From an uncultured bacterium (GTDB lineage: Bacteria > Patescibacteriota > Minisyncoccia > Phycocordibacterales > GCA-2401445): 64,000 nucleotides of DNA. The notes beneath the pieces were generated by a model. That model did no database searches and was not told the DNA's origin. It saw nothing but the letters and a program-made list of their open reading frames with translations. Shown here one piece after another: positions 29,641 through 37,812 of this stretch. Location: the NCBI GenBank assembly GCA_937952265.1, contig CALFYW010000055.1, forward strand, positions 58,478-122,477, written 5' to 3'. The stretch's first letter is position 1. Every line of letters begins with the position of its first letter. Both the position numbers and the translations under genes were made by a program.

Positions 29641-30141
29641 TCACGCCTCTAAACGATTGAACGTCACAGCAAGCGAAACGGCATCAAACGCGTTCATCCT
29701 ATAATCCTCACCCATCCATGGTCGCCGCCTTGGTGGAACATACGGGGCAAGTTCTGGGAAGCGATGTCCGAGTGCGAGCGCAATTTCACGCTTCGTTCCC
29801 CGCGGCCCGACAATGGCGGTCTGAATGTCGGCGCGAGAAAACTTAGCGGTCCGAACTCCACTCGATGCGGCGAGCCGGCGAAGCTCTCCAATTAAGAGCT
29901 GCACCCGGAGACACCTGCGGGAACCGTCTCCGGCAAAATCCTCGAGCACCAGGATTTCTGGGGAATAGAATTTGATCAATCTCCGGACCTTGCGACAAGT
30001 CTGTGCGGTCTTATCCTCCGGAGTTCCATTTATCCCCCAATCAACCAACGTTTTCGGTCCCTCAAGGACCGCGTAGCCGAACCCTCGACAACCAGGATCA
30101 ATCGCGAGAACACGTGAATTGTGCATTTTCACCCGCCTCAT
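29641..30141 (-). CDS. RuvC/RNase H-fold nuclease-like protein
   Basis: VLAIDPG..GFGYAV, ILVLED, TK..I, AFDAVSLA. Confidence 0.75.
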   Translation of the reverse strand: MRRVKMHNSRVLAIDPGCRGFGYAVLEGPKTLVDWGINGTPEDKTAQTCRKVRRLIKFYSPEILVLEDFAGDGSRRCLRVQLLIGELRRLAASSGVRTAKFSRADIQTAIVGPRGTKREIALALGHRFPELAPYVPPRRRPWMGEDYRMNAFDAVSLAVTFNRLEA

Positions 30142-30497
30142 GATGTTGTTTGGGCGTGTGATTCGATCGCCTCGATGATCGCGGTTAAAAGTTCGAGCTT
30201 TCGTTGAGTTACAGCGCTTGGTTTGTCGCGTTTGATCCGCCGGATGAGGGCCCGGATCCGCCGTGCTAATCGGTTTTCCACCTTCTCATGCGTTCCCGCA
30301 TACAATTCACGCACCGGCGTCCGGAATAGAATCTCCAGGGCGAGCCCCGTTTCCAGTTTGGGTTGTTGGCTAAACCGTTCGTAGCGACACACTTTGGATC
30401 CGCATTGCGTTCCAAGAAGGTAGGCAACTTCCTCTTGTGAAAGGCCGCTTCGCCTTCGGTGCGCCTTGAGATAGTTGGGTAAACGCGAGGAATCCAT
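30138..30497 (-). CDS. XRE-family HTH protein
   Basis: YLKAHRRRSGLSQEEVAYLLG...CRYER; start reassigned to MDSSRLP; ATGA coupling to RuvC-like gene. Confidence 0.85.
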   Translation of the reverse strand: MDSSRLPNYLKAHRRRSGLSQEEVAYLLGTQCGSKVCRYERFSQQPKLETGLALEILFRTPVRELYAGTHEKVENRLARRIRALIRRIKRDKPSAVTQRKLELLTAIIEAIESHAQTTS

Positions 30498-30639
30498 GGA
30501 GATTTCGAATGTTAGGGAAGTCGAAGTGGCTTCAATTCCATTGTAAACCGGTGCTCGGTCCGACAAAGGAGTGAATTCTTGCGGAATCACGCAAGATCGG
30601 ATCACCACAACCGCGATCAGGACCTCAGCAAGCGGTCTT

Positions 30640-30776
30640 GGGTGGACTTGGGGGACTTTGGGGATGTCACCACGGACACGACGACTGGCGCCGGCCCGTA
30701 TTTTCGGGCTGTTTGCCCCGCGTGACTTCGCTCAACGCACCCGGAAGAACGTCCCCAATGTCCCCAACGTCCACCC
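30640..30776. repeat. 28-bp imperfect inverted repeat made of tandem ~9-bp GTCCCCAAN units; putative replication origin
   Basis: Arms 30640-30667 and 30749-30776 match at 24/28; directly downstream of the replicative ATPase gene. Confidence 0.75.
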
Positions 30777-30791
30777 GTGTTCTCCACGTGC

Positions 30792-32129
30792 TTACGCATC
30801 GTGGAGTTTCTCGATTCCGTACCGATCGTAGAGCCGCTTTAACTTCGGGCACTCGTCCGGTGGAATCACGAAAAGCCCGTGACTTTTCCGTGTCTTCACG
30901 TGCAATCGGGACCGGAGAACGCCGCCAATCCAACGCTGCGTGATCTTTCGGTCATAATCCTCACCGTGAAGTTCGCTGAATCGCTGGGTGATCTCGCCGA
31001 CAGAGAGGCGTGGATTTTCTCTCTCACCCGCGATATCACGAATGATCGCGAGAATTTCAGCCTCGGTATCCAGGCCCCGCTCAGCCACCATGTCCTGGTG
31101 GTGTTCTCGCAACACGTTCCGCAACGACGCGCGTAGGTCGGAATCGTCAATGATCGAGAGGAGGGGCGCGAACACTTGGTTCAGTCTGGGCTCAATTCTC
31201 CGGTCAATCAAATCCTCGGAAATGTTCGATTTCCCCAGGTTCCGGAAACGAAAGAGCAGCAGCTTGTTCCGCAATGCCAGCGCCTCTGCTGCGTGCGAAG
31301 CTGGAAGGTTGATGGGAATATCCTCGCGCATCGTGTGCTGCCCCATGTCTTCGGTCAAAAACCGGCTTTCGAGCGCGCGATCTTCAAATGAGCGACGAAC
31401 CGCCACAAGTTTGGGCCCGAACACCTGGTAAGCTCTCGGATTGTATTCGCCCTTTCCATTGCCTTCGCTGCGAAGTACCGGAAAACCCTTCGCATTCCCG
31501 TTGTTGAGGATCTTCGACAGCTCGTTCTTCTCGTCGCTCATCCGGAAGTCGCTCTCGTCGATGATGAGCGTCCCTCCGATCGAGTCGAGGATCCGGAACA
31601 GCGGGGAGGTCGTTGAAGCGCCGCTCGCGAAAATTGGCTTGTAACAAAGCGACCCCACGGTGAGCAAGAAGCGGGTTTTGCCGCAACCAGGCTCCCCACG
31701 GGCGCGCAGGTACGGCAACTCATTGAATTGGTCGTGAACCCAGGTGAAAAGAACATAAAAAGCCGCGATCTGCTCAAATACGGGGCTCAAATCAACATAG
31801 CGGTGAATGAAGCAGCGAATCTCGTCAACAAGAGCTTGTTCTGAGTCATACTCCTCTGGTCCAGTAGGCAAGAGCACAATCTGATTCTTGATCAGGTTGT
31901 TCTGCGCCGAATACGGGACAAGCCGGAGCAGTGGATCCACCGGGACCGTGTCATGGATCTCCCACACGCCGCTCTTCCATCGAACGAAGGCGCTCTGTTC
32001 GCGAATCCTGTTGTAGATCATCTCAATCACAGATCCGTCCGGGAACGATGCCGAGACGGTAGGGACCTTTCGCTCAAGCTTTCGGAAGTCCACCCCTTTC
32101 TCCGGCGGAAAGTCAGGCATAGCATGCAT
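30792..32129 (-). CDS. Primase-less replicative P-loop ATPase/helicase with C-terminal winged helix (DUF3631-like)
   Basis: Walker A GEPGCGKT, Walker B TLIIDESD, LESRF arginine finger, C-terminal wHTH-like segment. Confidence 0.75.
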   Translation of the reverse strand: MHAMPDFPPEKGVDFRKLERKVPTVSASFPDGSVIEMIYNRIREQSAFVRWKSGVWEIHDTVPVDPLLRLVPYSAQNNLIKNQIVLLPTGPEEYDSEQALVDEIRCFIHRYVDLSPVFEQIAAFYVLFTWVHDQFNELPYLRARGEPGCGKTRFLLTVGSLCYKPIFASGASTTSPLFRILDSIGGTLIIDESDFRMSDEKNELSKILNNGNAKGFPVLRSEGNGKGEYNPRAYQVFGPKLVAVRRSFEDRALESRFLTEDMGQHTMREDIPINLPASHAAEALALRNKLLLFRFRNLGKSNISEDLIDRRIEPRLNQVFAPLLSIIDDSDLRASLRNVLREHHQDMVAERGLDTEAEILAIIRDIAGERENPRLSVGEITQRFSELHGEDYDRKITQRWIGGVLRSRLHVKTRKSHGLFVIPPDECPKLKRLYDRYGIEKLHDA

Positions 32130-32321
32130 GATCGGCTTGATCGTTGTGAGGGAACGTTGAATTCATTGTCATTATATCGCATTCTCCATTAACGGCGAAG
32201 CTCCAAAAGTGGGGATTTCTTGCGCTCGGTATCAATTGGAACTCGACATGAGTTAGAACCCTGCCACTCGCAACAAGTACTCACGTCTTCCGGAGCGCTC
32301 GTGACAGGCTATCCTAAAAAG

Positions 32322-32501
32322 ATGCGTCTTTCAGAAGCTGCAATTAAGAAGTTCCGTGAGATTTATCGCCGCGAATATGGCGTGGATATCTCGCCGGAAC
32401 GAGCGGAAGAAATGGGAATCCGCTTGCTTGAACTGACGCAACTCCTGCTACAGAATCCCAACCCCGACGAACGTAGCGATGATTCGGTTATTAAAGGCTG
32501 A
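32322..32501 (+). CDS. Small helical protein upstream of recombinase (59 aa)
   Basis: MRLSEAAIKKFREIYRREYGVDISPERAEEMGIRLLEL; start reassigned to 32322. Confidence 0.7.
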   Translation: MRLSEAAIKKFREIYRREYGVDISPERAEEMGIRLLELTQLLLQNPNPDERSDDSVIKG

Positions 32502-32574
32502 GATAGTTGACTCGAAACTCTCATGTACGTTACGCTGTACACCTCTCGGGGTTTGAATTCCTTTCTCGTTATCT

Positions 32575-34290
32575 ATGGCTTCGTTCATCATCTATTGTAG
32601 AAAATCTACCGAATCAGAAGATCGCCAAGTACTATCCATTGAATCTCAGGTGAACGAGATCCGTGAACTTGCCCGGAAGCTCGGGATTTCCGTATCAACC
32701 GTTCTTACGGAATCTAAATCCGCGAAGGCGCCTGGTCGCCCGATCTTCAACGACATGATACAACGCGTTTACCGCGGAGAGGTTCAAGGGATTCTATGCT
32801 GGAAACTTGATCGCCTTGCGCGCAATCCCGTTGATGGGGGATCCCTCATCTGGGCACTCAAACAGCATGGCCTCCAGATCATCACCCCTACTCAGCGTTT
32901 CAGCCAAATCGAGGATAATACCATTCTGATGTATGTTGAGTTCGGGATGGCACAGAAATATGTTGATGATCTCAGCCGGAACGTGAAGCGCGGGCTCAAA
33001 ACAAAAGCTGAGAAGGGCTGGTGCCCGGGGCTCTCTCCCTTGGGGTATCTCAACGTCGTCACAAAGTCCGGTGAACGTCAACTAGTCATGGATCCCGACC
33101 GCTTTCATATCATTCGCCGAATCTGGGATCTTATGCTTTCGGGTAACTACTCAACCACAAAGATCCTTGAGATCGCCAACGGAAGCTGGGGATTGCGCAC
33201 GCGCCCAATGCGCCGACAAGGGGGAAAGCCGTTGGCACGCAGTGGCCTGTATCGGCTCCTCTCCAATCCCTTCTACTATGGCTCCTTTGAATACCCCCGG
33301 AATTCTGGCTCATGGCACCGCGGGAATCACGAACCAATGATCACTCAAGCGGAATTCGACCGAGTCCAAATCCTTCTTGGGAAGAGGACCTCCAATTCCC
33401 CACGAAATACCTGTCGGTTCACCTTCAGCGGCATGATCCATTGTGGTGAATGTGGCGGAGCGGTCACGGCCGAGGAGAAACACCAAATCATCTGTAGCTC
33501 CTGTCGAGTGAAGTTCGCGCGCGGAAACCGTGATCAGTGTCCGGAATGCAACGTTCGCATTGATCGTATGGAGAAACCCATTCTCCTCCATTACGTCTAT
33601 TACCACTGTGCCAAAAGCAAGAATCCCCGGTGTCGACAACGGGGAATTGAAACAAAGAAGCTCGAACGGCAGATCCACGAGTTCCTTCAAAGGCTCGAGC
33701 TTGCGAGTGAATTCCGTGACTGGGCGCTCGATTTTCTAGAAGCGTTATCGGAGAACCAATTCACCAATGCGCAGGTCGTTCGCGCTTCGCAGGAAAATAC
33801 CCTTCGGACGTGCCTTAAACACCTTGACGGACTGATCACGCTTAAGACAGCTCCGGAGAACGCTCAAGGAAACCTCATTTCCAACGAAGAGTATGCGCGT
33901 CAACGCAGCACACTCTTATCTCAGAAACAATCCTTGGAAGATGCGCTCTCTAAAAAACCGCCAACTTCAATCGATATCCGAAACGCTGCTATCTCGGTGT
34001 TTGACTATGCCGATACAGCAGCAAAGCGTTTCAAATCTGGTGACGCATCCACCAAACGAGCAATACTCACGCGCGTTGGTTCGAACCTACGACTAACCGA
34101 CAAAATGCTCAGTATTGAAGCCACGGATCCCTTTCATATATTCCTCGAATACCAGAAAGGCTCTGAACATGAAAACGATGAGTTCGAACCTGACTTTCAT
34201 GGCTCTGTTGAGTGGGATTTGGAGCGCTTTGAACCATATCGTCCTATTGGGCTCCGGCGGCAGGATTCGAACCTGCGACCAATCGGTTAA
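32575..34290 (+). CDS. Large serine recombinase (integrase)
   Basis: YCRKS catalytic Ser, KLDRLARN, recombinase domain, zinc ribbon CGECG...YYHC, coiled coil; C-terminus runs into tRNA-Asn. Confidence 0.95.
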   Translation: MASFIIYCRKSTESEDRQVLSIESQVNEIRELARKLGISVSTVLTESKSAKAPGRPIFNDMIQRVYRGEVQGILCWKLDRLARNPVDGGSLIWALKQHGLQIITPTQRFSQIEDNTILMYVEFGMAQKYVDDLSRNVKRGLKTKAEKGWCPGLSPLGYLNVVTKSGERQLVMDPDRFHIIRRIWDLMLSGNYSTTKILEIANGSWGLRTRPMRRQGGKPLARSGLYRLLSNPFYYGSFEYPRNSGSWHRGNHEPMITQAEFDRVQILLGKRTSNSPRNTCRFTFSGMIHCGECGGAVTAEEKHQIICSSCRVKFARGNRDQCPECNVRIDRMEKPILLHYVYYHCAKSKNPRCRQRGIETKKLERQIHEFLQRLELASEFRDWALDFLEALSENQFTNAQVVRASQENTLRTCLKHLDGLITLKTAPENAQGNLISNEEYARQRSTLLSQKQSLEDALSKKPPTSIDIRNAAISVFDYADTAAKRFKSGDASTKRAILTRVGSNLRLTDKMLSIEATDPFHIFLEYQKGSEHENDEFEPDFHGSVEWDLERFEPYRPIGLRRQDSNLRPIG

Positions 34291-34323
34291 CAGCCGACTG
34301 CTCTACCACTGAGCTACACCGGA
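34252..34323 (-). tRNA. tRNA-Asn (GTT), CCA not encoded
   Basis: Cloverleaf TCCGGTG..GCTCAGTGGTAGAGC..GTCGG CT GTT AA CCGAT..GCAGGTTCGAATCCTGC CGCCGGA G. Confidence 0.97.
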
Positions 34324-34422
34324 ATAGCATGTGCATTGTAGCCATAAAAAGCGAAATGCGCAAATGTATTGTGCCTCGAATGGTATGCTTTTGGAAACAA
34401 AAATGGTAGTATAATGGTATAT

Positions 34423-34887
34423 ATGGAAGGGAATCGGGACAGTCTTATTATTGACAGTTCAGCATTCTCTCACTCGGGTAATATACCTCCTCGTTATACT
34501 TGTGACGGAAAAAATATTTCTCCGCCCCTTGCTTTTTATGGTATTCCTGAAGGAACCACTTCACTCGTCTTGATTATGGATGATATCGATGCGGTGGCGG
34601 GCGTTTGGGATCATTGGATTGTCTTTAATATTCCTCCGAGTACAAATGTTATAGAAGAGGGGAGAGAGCCATCAGGGGTCGCCGGCGCCCGCACTGATGG
34701 TGAAAAAGGGTACTATGGGCCATGTCCTTCAGATGGAAAAGAGCACCGATATGTATTTCGAGTATACGCCCTCGATACACGGCTCGACCTTCCTGAAGGA
34801 GCAACGAAAAACGAAGTACTCTCTTCTCTTGAAGGACACTGTATTGCACAAGCAACACTAATGGGTAAATTTCGACGTGGCATATGA
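34423..34887 (+). CDS. YbhB/YbcL (PEBP) family protein
   Basis: YTCDGKNISPPL, DIDA, WDHW, YYGPCP, HRYVFRVYALD. Confidence 0.92.
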   Translation: MEGNRDSLIIDSSAFSHSGNIPPRYTCDGKNISPPLAFYGIPEGTTSLVLIMDDIDAVAGVWDHWIVFNIPPSTNVIEEGREPSGVAGARTDGEKGYYGPCPSDGKEHRYVFRVYALDTRLDLPEGATKNEVLSSLEGHCIAQATLMGKFRRGI

Positions 34888-35114
34888 GTGAGAAGCATAT
34901 TCGGGTACTTGTTGAGGCAGGGTCAAAACATGATGAGGTAAGCGCGCTTTCGACGCATTTTCTGGTGAAGGTTAAAGAATCGCCAGCAGGGAATCAGGCA
35001 AATCGGAAAGTGGTAGGGCTTCTTGCAACGTATTTTAATGTTCCTACGAATGCAGTACATATTGTTTCCGGGCACCATGCGTCCCGAAAGACAATTGCCA
35101 TTAAAAGAGCCTAG
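34884..35114 (+). CDS. DUF167/YggU family protein
   Basis: VKESPAGNQAN, IVSGHHASRK. Confidence 0.8.
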   Translation: MSEKHIRVLVEAGSKHDEVSALSTHFLVKVKESPAGNQANRKVVGLLATYFNVPTNAVHIVSGHHASRKTIAIKRA

Positions 35115-35152
35115 TGTGATGTTCGATTATTCTTAAATGTATAACTTATTTT

Positions 35153-35515
35153 ATGGTCAATATTAAAGCTACGAACATTGAGTTAACTCCCGCAATTACC
35201 TCCTACGTTGCAAAAAAACTTCAGTATACGCGTAAATTAGTTGATCTTGATAGTGGAAAGGTAACGGCGCTACTTGAAGTAGGGAAGACCACGAAGCATC
35301 ATCGCTCCGGAGATATCTTTCGCGCAGAAATTAACTTAAAGGTTGCGGGGAAGCAGTTTCGAGCGGTTGCGAAACGGGATGATCTCTATGCCGCAATTGA
35401 CGAGATGAAAAACATCTTGCTTGCTGAATTAAAGCGCGACAAAGAGGCGCGTATTACTTCTGTAAGAAAGGGAGGCGCGAAGTTAAAATCAATGATGCGT
35501 AGTCTTAAAGAGTAA
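35153..35515 (+). CDS. raiA: Ribosome hibernation factor HPF/RaiA
   Basis: NIKATNIELTPAI, DLYAAIDE. Confidence 0.9.
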   Translation: MVNIKATNIELTPAITSYVAKKLQYTRKLVDLDSGKVTALLEVGKTTKHHRSGDIFRAEINLKVAGKQFRAVAKRDDLYAAIDEMKNILLAELKRDKEARITSVRKGGAKLKSMMRSLKE

Positions 35516-35537
35516 TTAGTGGTACCATATCGAGTAT

Positions 35538-36203
35538 ATGCATTTGCGACAAAAAATACACCCATTATTTACGTGGATCTTCCTTATTATCAGTGCGGTG
35601 TGGACAGGGTATCTCTATCAGTTAGTCGATCGTTTTTCTGATTATAGCCAAGAGCTTATCGCACCGTTGCCAGTTGTTTCAATTGGTTCTGTTCCGCTTA
35701 CTATCCATAATACAAATTCAGCTATGTCTACCGCTATTTTAAAAACGTCATTAGGGGATATTACTCTTGAACTGTTTCCTGACAAAGCACCCAAGACAGT
35801 CGAGAATTTTTTGACGCTTGCTCGAAGTGACTTTTATGATCAGACAAAATTCCACCGCGTGATTCCTGATTTTATGATACAAGCAGGAGACCCTAATACT
35901 CGCGGAGATGAGGTGTCCACCTATGGAACAGGCGGGCCTGATTATGTATTTGAAGATGAGATACATAACGTTCCAATTACTCGTGGTATTCTTGCGATGG
36001 CGAACCGAGGCCCGAATACGAATGGTAGCCAGTTCTTTGTTGTGACGGCGGAAGCAACACCATGGCTTGATGGGCTGCATACGGTTTTTGGGAAGGTGGT
36101 AGAAGGTATGGATGTCGTTGACCGTATTAGCCACGTGAAGACCACCGGCCCTGATCGGCCAATTGAACCGGTAGTCTTAATGGACGTGATCATTGAAGGC
36201 TAG
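35538..36203 (+). CDS. Cyclophilin peptidyl-prolyl isomerase with N-terminal TM
   Basis: FHRVIPDFMIQAGDP, AMANRGPNTNGSQFF. Confidence 0.95.
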   Translation: MHLRQKIHPLFTWIFLIISAVWTGYLYQLVDRFSDYSQELIAPLPVVSIGSVPLTIHNTNSAMSTAILKTSLGDITLELFPDKAPKTVENFLTLARSDFYDQTKFHRVIPDFMIQAGDPNTRGDEVSTYGTGGPDYVFEDEIHNVPITRGILAMANRGPNTNGSQFFVVTAEATPWLDGLHTVFGKVVEGMDVVDRISHVKTTGPDRPIEPVVLMDVIIEG

Positions 36204-36206
36204 TTG

Positions 36207-37073
36207 TTAAACCTTCATTTGTTTAGAGAATAGTTCAAATGGAATTTCTCTTTTTCCTTCTGGAATGACACGCTCGATAATAAGCTGATTATCTTGGTAT
36301 GATGCCTTTGTAATGATAACCCGAAGGGGTTTGTGGTGTTGATGTATAAAAAAGAACGGACGTAGTGAGGAAGATTGGAATGCTTGAATTTTGAGAAAGT
36401 TTTTATACGGATCTGCGTCACGCGAGATAAGGGCATCCTCTTTCGTAAATTTTTTGGTGTAGGTCGCCTTGGTTTCGTCTTGGGGGACTGCTTTAATTTC
36501 GCCTTGTATCCATGCGGGCAGTGTCTTTTTTAAGAGCATCGCGCCTTTTCGCGCGAGCATTTCTTCAAGCGCTGGAGCGGGAGGCCAAGATTCAATCGTT
36601 ACTTTTTCTTGTGCGATAATAGGGCCATGGTCCATTTTTTCATCCATTACCATGAGAGAAACCCCTGTCTTTTTTTCATCATTTAGAATTGCAGATTGAA
36701 TTGGAGAAGCACCTCGAAGTCTTGGAAGGAGCGAGGGGTGTATATTTATCGCCCCATGAGTAGGGAGCGTAATAATTGATTGAGGAAGTATCCTACCAAA
36801 AGATGCCACGACAAAGAGTGGGTGTTGGGTAAGCGCTGGACACGATTCAAGAATTGAGGATTTTTTCGGGGGATCACACAGTGGGATATTTCGCTCTTGT
36901 GCCCAACGCTTAACTTCTGAAGGGGTTATGCGCAGGTTGCGTCCTTGTGGCGTATCAGGCTGTGTCACGACGAGTGCGGGGAGTAACCCCTCTTTTTCAA
37001 GCTCTTCTAGAACAACCACTGACATTCGCGAGGTTCCAAAAAATGCAAAAGATGGTATCAACGGGTGAGACAT
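36207..37073 (-). CDS. fmt: Methionyl-tRNA formyltransferase
   Basis: FFGT, INIHPSLLPRLRGASPIQ, MDHGPI. Confidence 0.95.
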   Translation of the reverse strand: MSHPLIPSFAFFGTSRMSVVVLEELEKEGLLPALVVTQPDTPQGRNLRITPSEVKRWAQERNIPLCDPPKKSSILESCPALTQHPLFVVASFGRILPQSIITLPTHGAINIHPSLLPRLRGASPIQSAILNDEKKTGVSLMVMDEKMDHGPIIAQEKVTIESWPPAPALEEMLARKGAMLLKKTLPAWIQGEIKAVPQDETKATYTKKFTKEDALISRDADPYKNFLKIQAFQSSSLRPFFFIHQHHKPLRVIITKASYQDNQLIIERVIPEGKREIPFELFSKQMKV

Positions 37074-37078
37074 AGGTG

Positions 37079-37633
37079 TTATGAGGGGGTGTTTTGTGCT
37101 CGGTCATCCGGAGGAATCTCCTGGAGTTCTTGAGCATGGTCGATAAAAAGCACGCCATGTAAGTGGTCGATTTCATGCTGAAAAATTTGGGCACGTAAAC
37201 CACTTGCGCCTTCACGAAAAATTTTTCCATATTCATCATAGGCCTCGATAGTGACCTGTTGTGCTCGGGATACTTTTCCGTATAGCCATCGAACACTTAA
37301 ACACCCCTCTTCCACATATTGTTTTTTCCTTGATTTTTTAATGATTCGAGGATTAATGAAAACACGATGATCTTTCGGAGGATCTTTTTTCACCTCCTCA
37401 TCAGTACGAAAGGAAGGATGGCGCCCAAATTGTATCTTTTCTGATATGATAAAGATTTGAAGCGAAATACCAATTTGTGGCGCAGCAATTGCAACGCCAT
37501 CTTCTTGGGTTCGTAATGCACGTTGCATATCCTGGATATATCCTTGTATAGCACTGCTCTGTATCTCGTGACGCGCTACTTCACGCGCGTGAAGACGTAG
37601 TGTCGGGTGTTCTTTTGAGAGAATTTTTTTCAT
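37079..37633 (-). CDS. def: Peptide deformylase
   Basis: GVAIAAPQIG, EGCLS, QHEIDHL. Confidence 0.97.
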   Translation of the reverse strand: MKKILSKEHPTLRLHAREVARHEIQSSAIQGYIQDMQRALRTQEDGVAIAAPQIGISLQIFIISEKIQFGRHPSFRTDEEVKKDPPKDHRVFINPRIIKKSRKKQYVEEGCLSVRWLYGKVSRAQQVTIEAYDEYGKIFREGASGLRAQIFQHEIDHLHGVLFIDHAQELQEIPPDDRAQNTPS

Positions 37634-37683
37634 GCCTGCTGATAGGTGTTTCTTTGTGGTGTAATGGTAAGAAAATATAAGAG

Positions 37684-37762
37684 AAAACCTCGGATCCTTC
37701 TCTTCAGGTAAACAAGCGGGGGATTACCCGGAGCATGGCGAGGGAAGAAGGGATCCGAGGGG
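37684..37762 (-). other. Long intergenic stem-loop between priA and def (candidate small RNA, leader or terminator)
   Basis: CCTCGGATCC/GGATCCGAGG 10-bp perfect stem extended by purine/pyrimidine arms; T-rich tail on minus strand. Confidence 0.5.
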
Positions 37763-37812
37763 TGGGTTCTAGAGATTACTATATAAGATTTTTAAAAGGC
37801 TGTCTATTTTTG

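Larger units (their letters stand above)
1..34290. mobile_element. Integrative element / genomic island at the 3' end of tRNA-Asn; left boundary not seen, may extend beyond window start
   Basis: Large serine recombinase overlapping the tRNA 3' end; replication/recombination backbone genes; by eye higher GC and GGAGG Shine-Dalgarno use versus the AT-richer housekeeping DNA right of the tRNA; no housekeeping genes in 1-34 kb. Confidence 0.8.

Noticed and set aside
29641-30141. TnpB/Cas12-like RNA-guided nuclease
   Set aside because: Only 166 aa, contiguous RuvC fold, no zinc finger or IS200/605 context
1-34290. Prophage
   Set aside because: No terminase, portal, capsid, tail or lysis genes seen
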